Source: Girardia tigrina
Taxonomy: Eukaryota
Direction of reading: 5' to 3'
Length of the DNA stretch: 50,769 nucleotides
Assembly (NCBI GenBank): GCA_001938485.1
Contig: MQRK01249966.1
Location: forward strand, 1-50,769
Shown here: positions 48,301 through 50,769 of the stretch, in pieces
How the letters are laid out: each line of letters begins with the position of its first letter
Numbering within the stretch: the stretch's first letter is position 1
The notes under the pieces: generated by a model
Seen by the model: the letters and a program-made list of their open reading frames with translations, nothing else
What the model was told of the DNA's origin: nothing
Database searches by the model: none
Translations under genes and position numbers: made by a program

Positions 48301-50419
48301 TATTTAAGTAAATATACAAAAACATAAACAAGTGCTCTTATATCTCATATAAAGGTTCTTTGCTGAGGACTTTTATTCTGTATAGCCACCTGGGATCTCT
48401 ATGACCTGCTACACCATCATCATAAAGCACTAGTATGCTGTTTTTAACAGATCGCGGTTCATTGCAATGAACTGTCTCGATCACGACTAAAAGGGAGTTG
48501 ACGGTACGGTGCCTAGACTTGTTGGTTTGTCTCCCAATCACGACTCAAACATAGTAGTCCAAAGAATGTAGACCAGAATTTTCTTTCGACCAAAAGTCCT
48601 TAGAAGCATTGGATGGACATTGAGGGCGTATGATGTATATCTGAGATACTCAAACAGTCCGACAGATGAATGTTAAGCATACCCACAAGACGGAGACAAG
48701 TTTCTTAAGTGACGTCCCCAGTATTTTCAAAATCATATCTTGGGATTTCCGGATGATTTCTGGAGTCCCTGTTCATTTCTACCTCACATGTATTTTCCTT
48801 GCCGGAGTGGAAGAGCCCTTTTCGGACTGTTTTGAGACGTATCTTTTCAGAATGTTATATACAGTCGATCTTGGGTATCAGAAGAATTTATTAATTTTGA
48901 TAGCCGTTCTTCTTACGAAGGTTCTCTTCAATCGCCTTTTTTTTGTCATACTTCATGTTTGGCTTAACGAGTTTGACCATTTTGAGGCTATGAAAATCTT
49001 AATATATTTATCTAAATTTACCTTCAAATTGAAATTTAGCTGAAACTTCAAATACAATTTTGTATGAATTATAACGACGCACCTGTATACAATTTTCATA
49101 TTTCTAGGAAACAATTTCTTTTCGCATTTTCATGATGTTTTAAAATCATTTTAATTAAAATCTAAGTGACAAAATAAATTATTTCAAATACAATATTTAT
49201 TTCAACCAGAGGTTTCCAGATTTTTTGATACATAGACTCCTTGCAAATAGTATTTGTTATTAATAAATAAAATAATAATATTTGACCTAAAATACATTGG
49301 GAGCAGTGACAAATAAATTGAGAAATATTAAATAGAAACAACTTTTATTAAATTATGACGAATAAACAGGAATTTTAAATTTATATTTATTGTAAATATT
49401 AAAAGTAAGTGTAAAAATGTTACTGATTTTATTTTAAATCAAATTTTAATTTTTATATAATGAAAATGTCCCTTTAGCTTCGATATTGTTTCACATAGCT
49501 CTGTATTTTATTATTTTTTTACTACATTATTAAACACTCGGTTATAATTTTATTAGATCAGAAAAATTACTTTTACAATTTGAGCAAATTTCCAAGCATG
49601 TGCTTGGACAGAAGGTGCAACAAATGCTTCAATAAATATGTCATTTCTTTAGCATTATTTACCCACTTGTGTATAATAATAATATTTGGGAATAGTTATT
49701 TACTGGTGTTTCCAAAAACGGGGTTTTATTATATGTCAGAGTAAACTGTTAATTTCGGTTATTTTAAATATTTATTCAAATAGAAATTTATAATAAATTT
49801 CTGTTAAAATGCTTTTATTTTTATTTTCAAAATCTTTCATAAAGTCTATTATCCTTAATTTGTGTGTATTGAATTGGGAGAATGATTTTAACTTTTACGT
49901 AGATTTGGAAATAATTTATTTGATATGACTTGTATTTTTAATTGACTTCTGAAAAATCTTCTTCAGAGGGGGATATGCTAAACCATCTCTTTATAAAGTT
50001 TTGTGGCTGCAAATATTTTTATTTCCTTATTGGATAATTTGTTGGATTGGAGGCTTAATTCGATGGATTTATCTGTATAAAATTCTGAAACGTGAATACA
50101 GTAAAGAAGATCAATTGCGCTTGATAGAGAAATATATGAAACTGCCAAGGCTACAATGGGAATCGATAAGTGATTTAGAAAAAGAAAATTTCTTAAAAAA
50201 AGAGTTATGGAAAAAAGAAAAATTTGAGGTTTTTTTTGTTATTAAAGAATTTTGTTTAGGGATAATTAAATTCAGATCTATCGTAAAGAAAAAGAAGATG
50301 AACAAAGAGCTAAACTTGCTTCCGATCCAAATTACAAACGATATCGAAGGTATTTGAAGAAAGGTGGGCCAAGTCAGATCACATTCGGTCAAGAAGATGT
50401 CGATATGGATTACAACTGA
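37203..50419 (+). CDS. DNAJC25: DnaJ homolog subfamily C member 25. Exons 37203-37302, 37365-37513, 42785-42946, 42998-43209, 49967-50228, 50276-50419 (342 aa)
   Basis: Signal peptide plus EGLYCGKDNCYEVLG; J-domain with HPD; [53 protein letters not shown]. All introns are GT-AG and the exons sum to 1029 nt in frame. Confidence 0.95.
38086..39355 (-). mobile_element. Full-length mariner (mellifera-like), inactive, in DNAJC25 intron 2
   Basis: TIRs TTA(G/A)GTTGG.GAAAAAG.AATCCATTATTTT in TA repeats; WVPHQL, TGDEK, HDNARPH and YSPDLAPSN motifs; internal stops. Confidence 0.95.
39398..39530 (-). repeat. Penelope-like 3' tail with degenerate hammerhead (39471-39511), abutting (TA)n
   Basis: AUUG-CUGAUGA-UU-GAAAA(agaa)UUUUC-AAAA-CAUG-UA-CAAU; tail homologous to 11863-11950. 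Confidence 0.7.
43993..45106 (-). mobile_element. pogo-like transposon, internally deleted (Brinker/CENP-B-type DNA-binding region only)
   Basis: TIRs CCGTATTT.TTCT with TA TSD. From ATG 44667: RTSYTLGFKLSVLENA...GGGRKLTSTELEDKL...FLVRHNIVQSRATTACQRPP; DDD domain absent. Confidence 0.82.
46909..47705. repeat. Foldback/MITE-like element with ~125-bp inverted repeats
   Basis: 46909-47034 is the near-perfect reverse complement of 47586-47705; ~550-bp non-coding spacer. Confidence 0.8.
48252..49085 (-). mobile_element. maT (DD37D, Bmmar1-like) transposon, internally deleted
   Basis: YPRSTVYNILKRY...GSSTPARK...TPEII N-terminus and DFWSKE...LDYYV*...TNKSRH...GGY(T)E* C-terminus; imperfect CA(A)GG termini with TA. 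Confidence 0.75.
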
Positions 50420-50738
50420 CAAGTCTTTTCTAATAACTAGCACTTTCTATAAATATTCACGTAACTTGTACAATCAAATTATTGCAATCCTTTCTTCGAT
50501 ATTTGTTGATAATATTTATTGTTTGGAGTCGTAAGGTCAAGTTGAAAATTTTTTGTTTGGATCGTTTTTTTAAGAATAAAAGATTTTTTGACTGTTTTGT
50601 CTTTGTGATTAAATAATTTTTGATCTGTAGTAAATTGAAATTCTATAGTGCTATGTTGAATTGTCGTTCCACAAAATTTTCAAGAACCCTAAAAATATTT
50701 TATTGTTTTATAAAAAATAATTATGCAGTTGTTTGATA

Positions 50739-50769
50739 TTAGGTTGGTCGAAAAATAATGGCGGTTTTT
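50739..50769. mobile_element. Start of a mariner TIR (Hsmar1/cecropia-like)
   Basis: TA|TTAGGTTGGTCGAAAAATAATGGCGGTTTTT resembles the Hsmar1 TIR. Confidence 0.7.

Noticed and set aside
50001-50357. 118-aa ORF as a standalone gene
   Set aside because: It is DNAJC25 exon 5 read through intron 5
1-50769. CRISPR arrays, tRNA/rRNA genes, prokaryotic operons
   Set aside because: No repeat-spacer arrays or RNA-gene folds seen; the sequence is intron-containing eukaryotic DNA, and the tRNA-like strings are retroelement PBSs

Overview
AT-rich eukaryotic (animal) genomic DNA with N-gaps and very short (40-62 nt) GT-AG introns. A planarian-like flatworm is my guess, by inference only. The ORF track misses both host genes: a complete 6-exon DNAJC25 (+, 37203-50419, 342 aa) and a divergent MIER-type ELM2-SANT gene (-, 20375-2431, one internal exon not located). 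There is also an orphan RasGEF REM-domain fragment at ~30 kb. Most of the rest is nested transposon debris: mariner DD34D, Tc1/Tc3 DD34E, an IS630-like element with DD27E spacing, maT, pogo and piggyBac-type MITEs, Helitrons, an RTE LINE tail, Gypsy gag/integrase fragments, a TG...TA solo-LTR family with 5-bp TSDs, and Penelope-like elements carrying minimal hammerhead ribozymes. The most unusual region is 25.5-29.8 kb, a decayed retroelement-like unit. Its minus strand carries triple zinc-knuckle Gag, a coiled coil, a ubiquitin-like domain and a chuvirus-like envelope glycoprotein start. Its plus strand carries a convergent REX4/ISG20-like DEDDh exonuclease gene. All protein assignments come from manual translation and motif recognition; no database searches were run.
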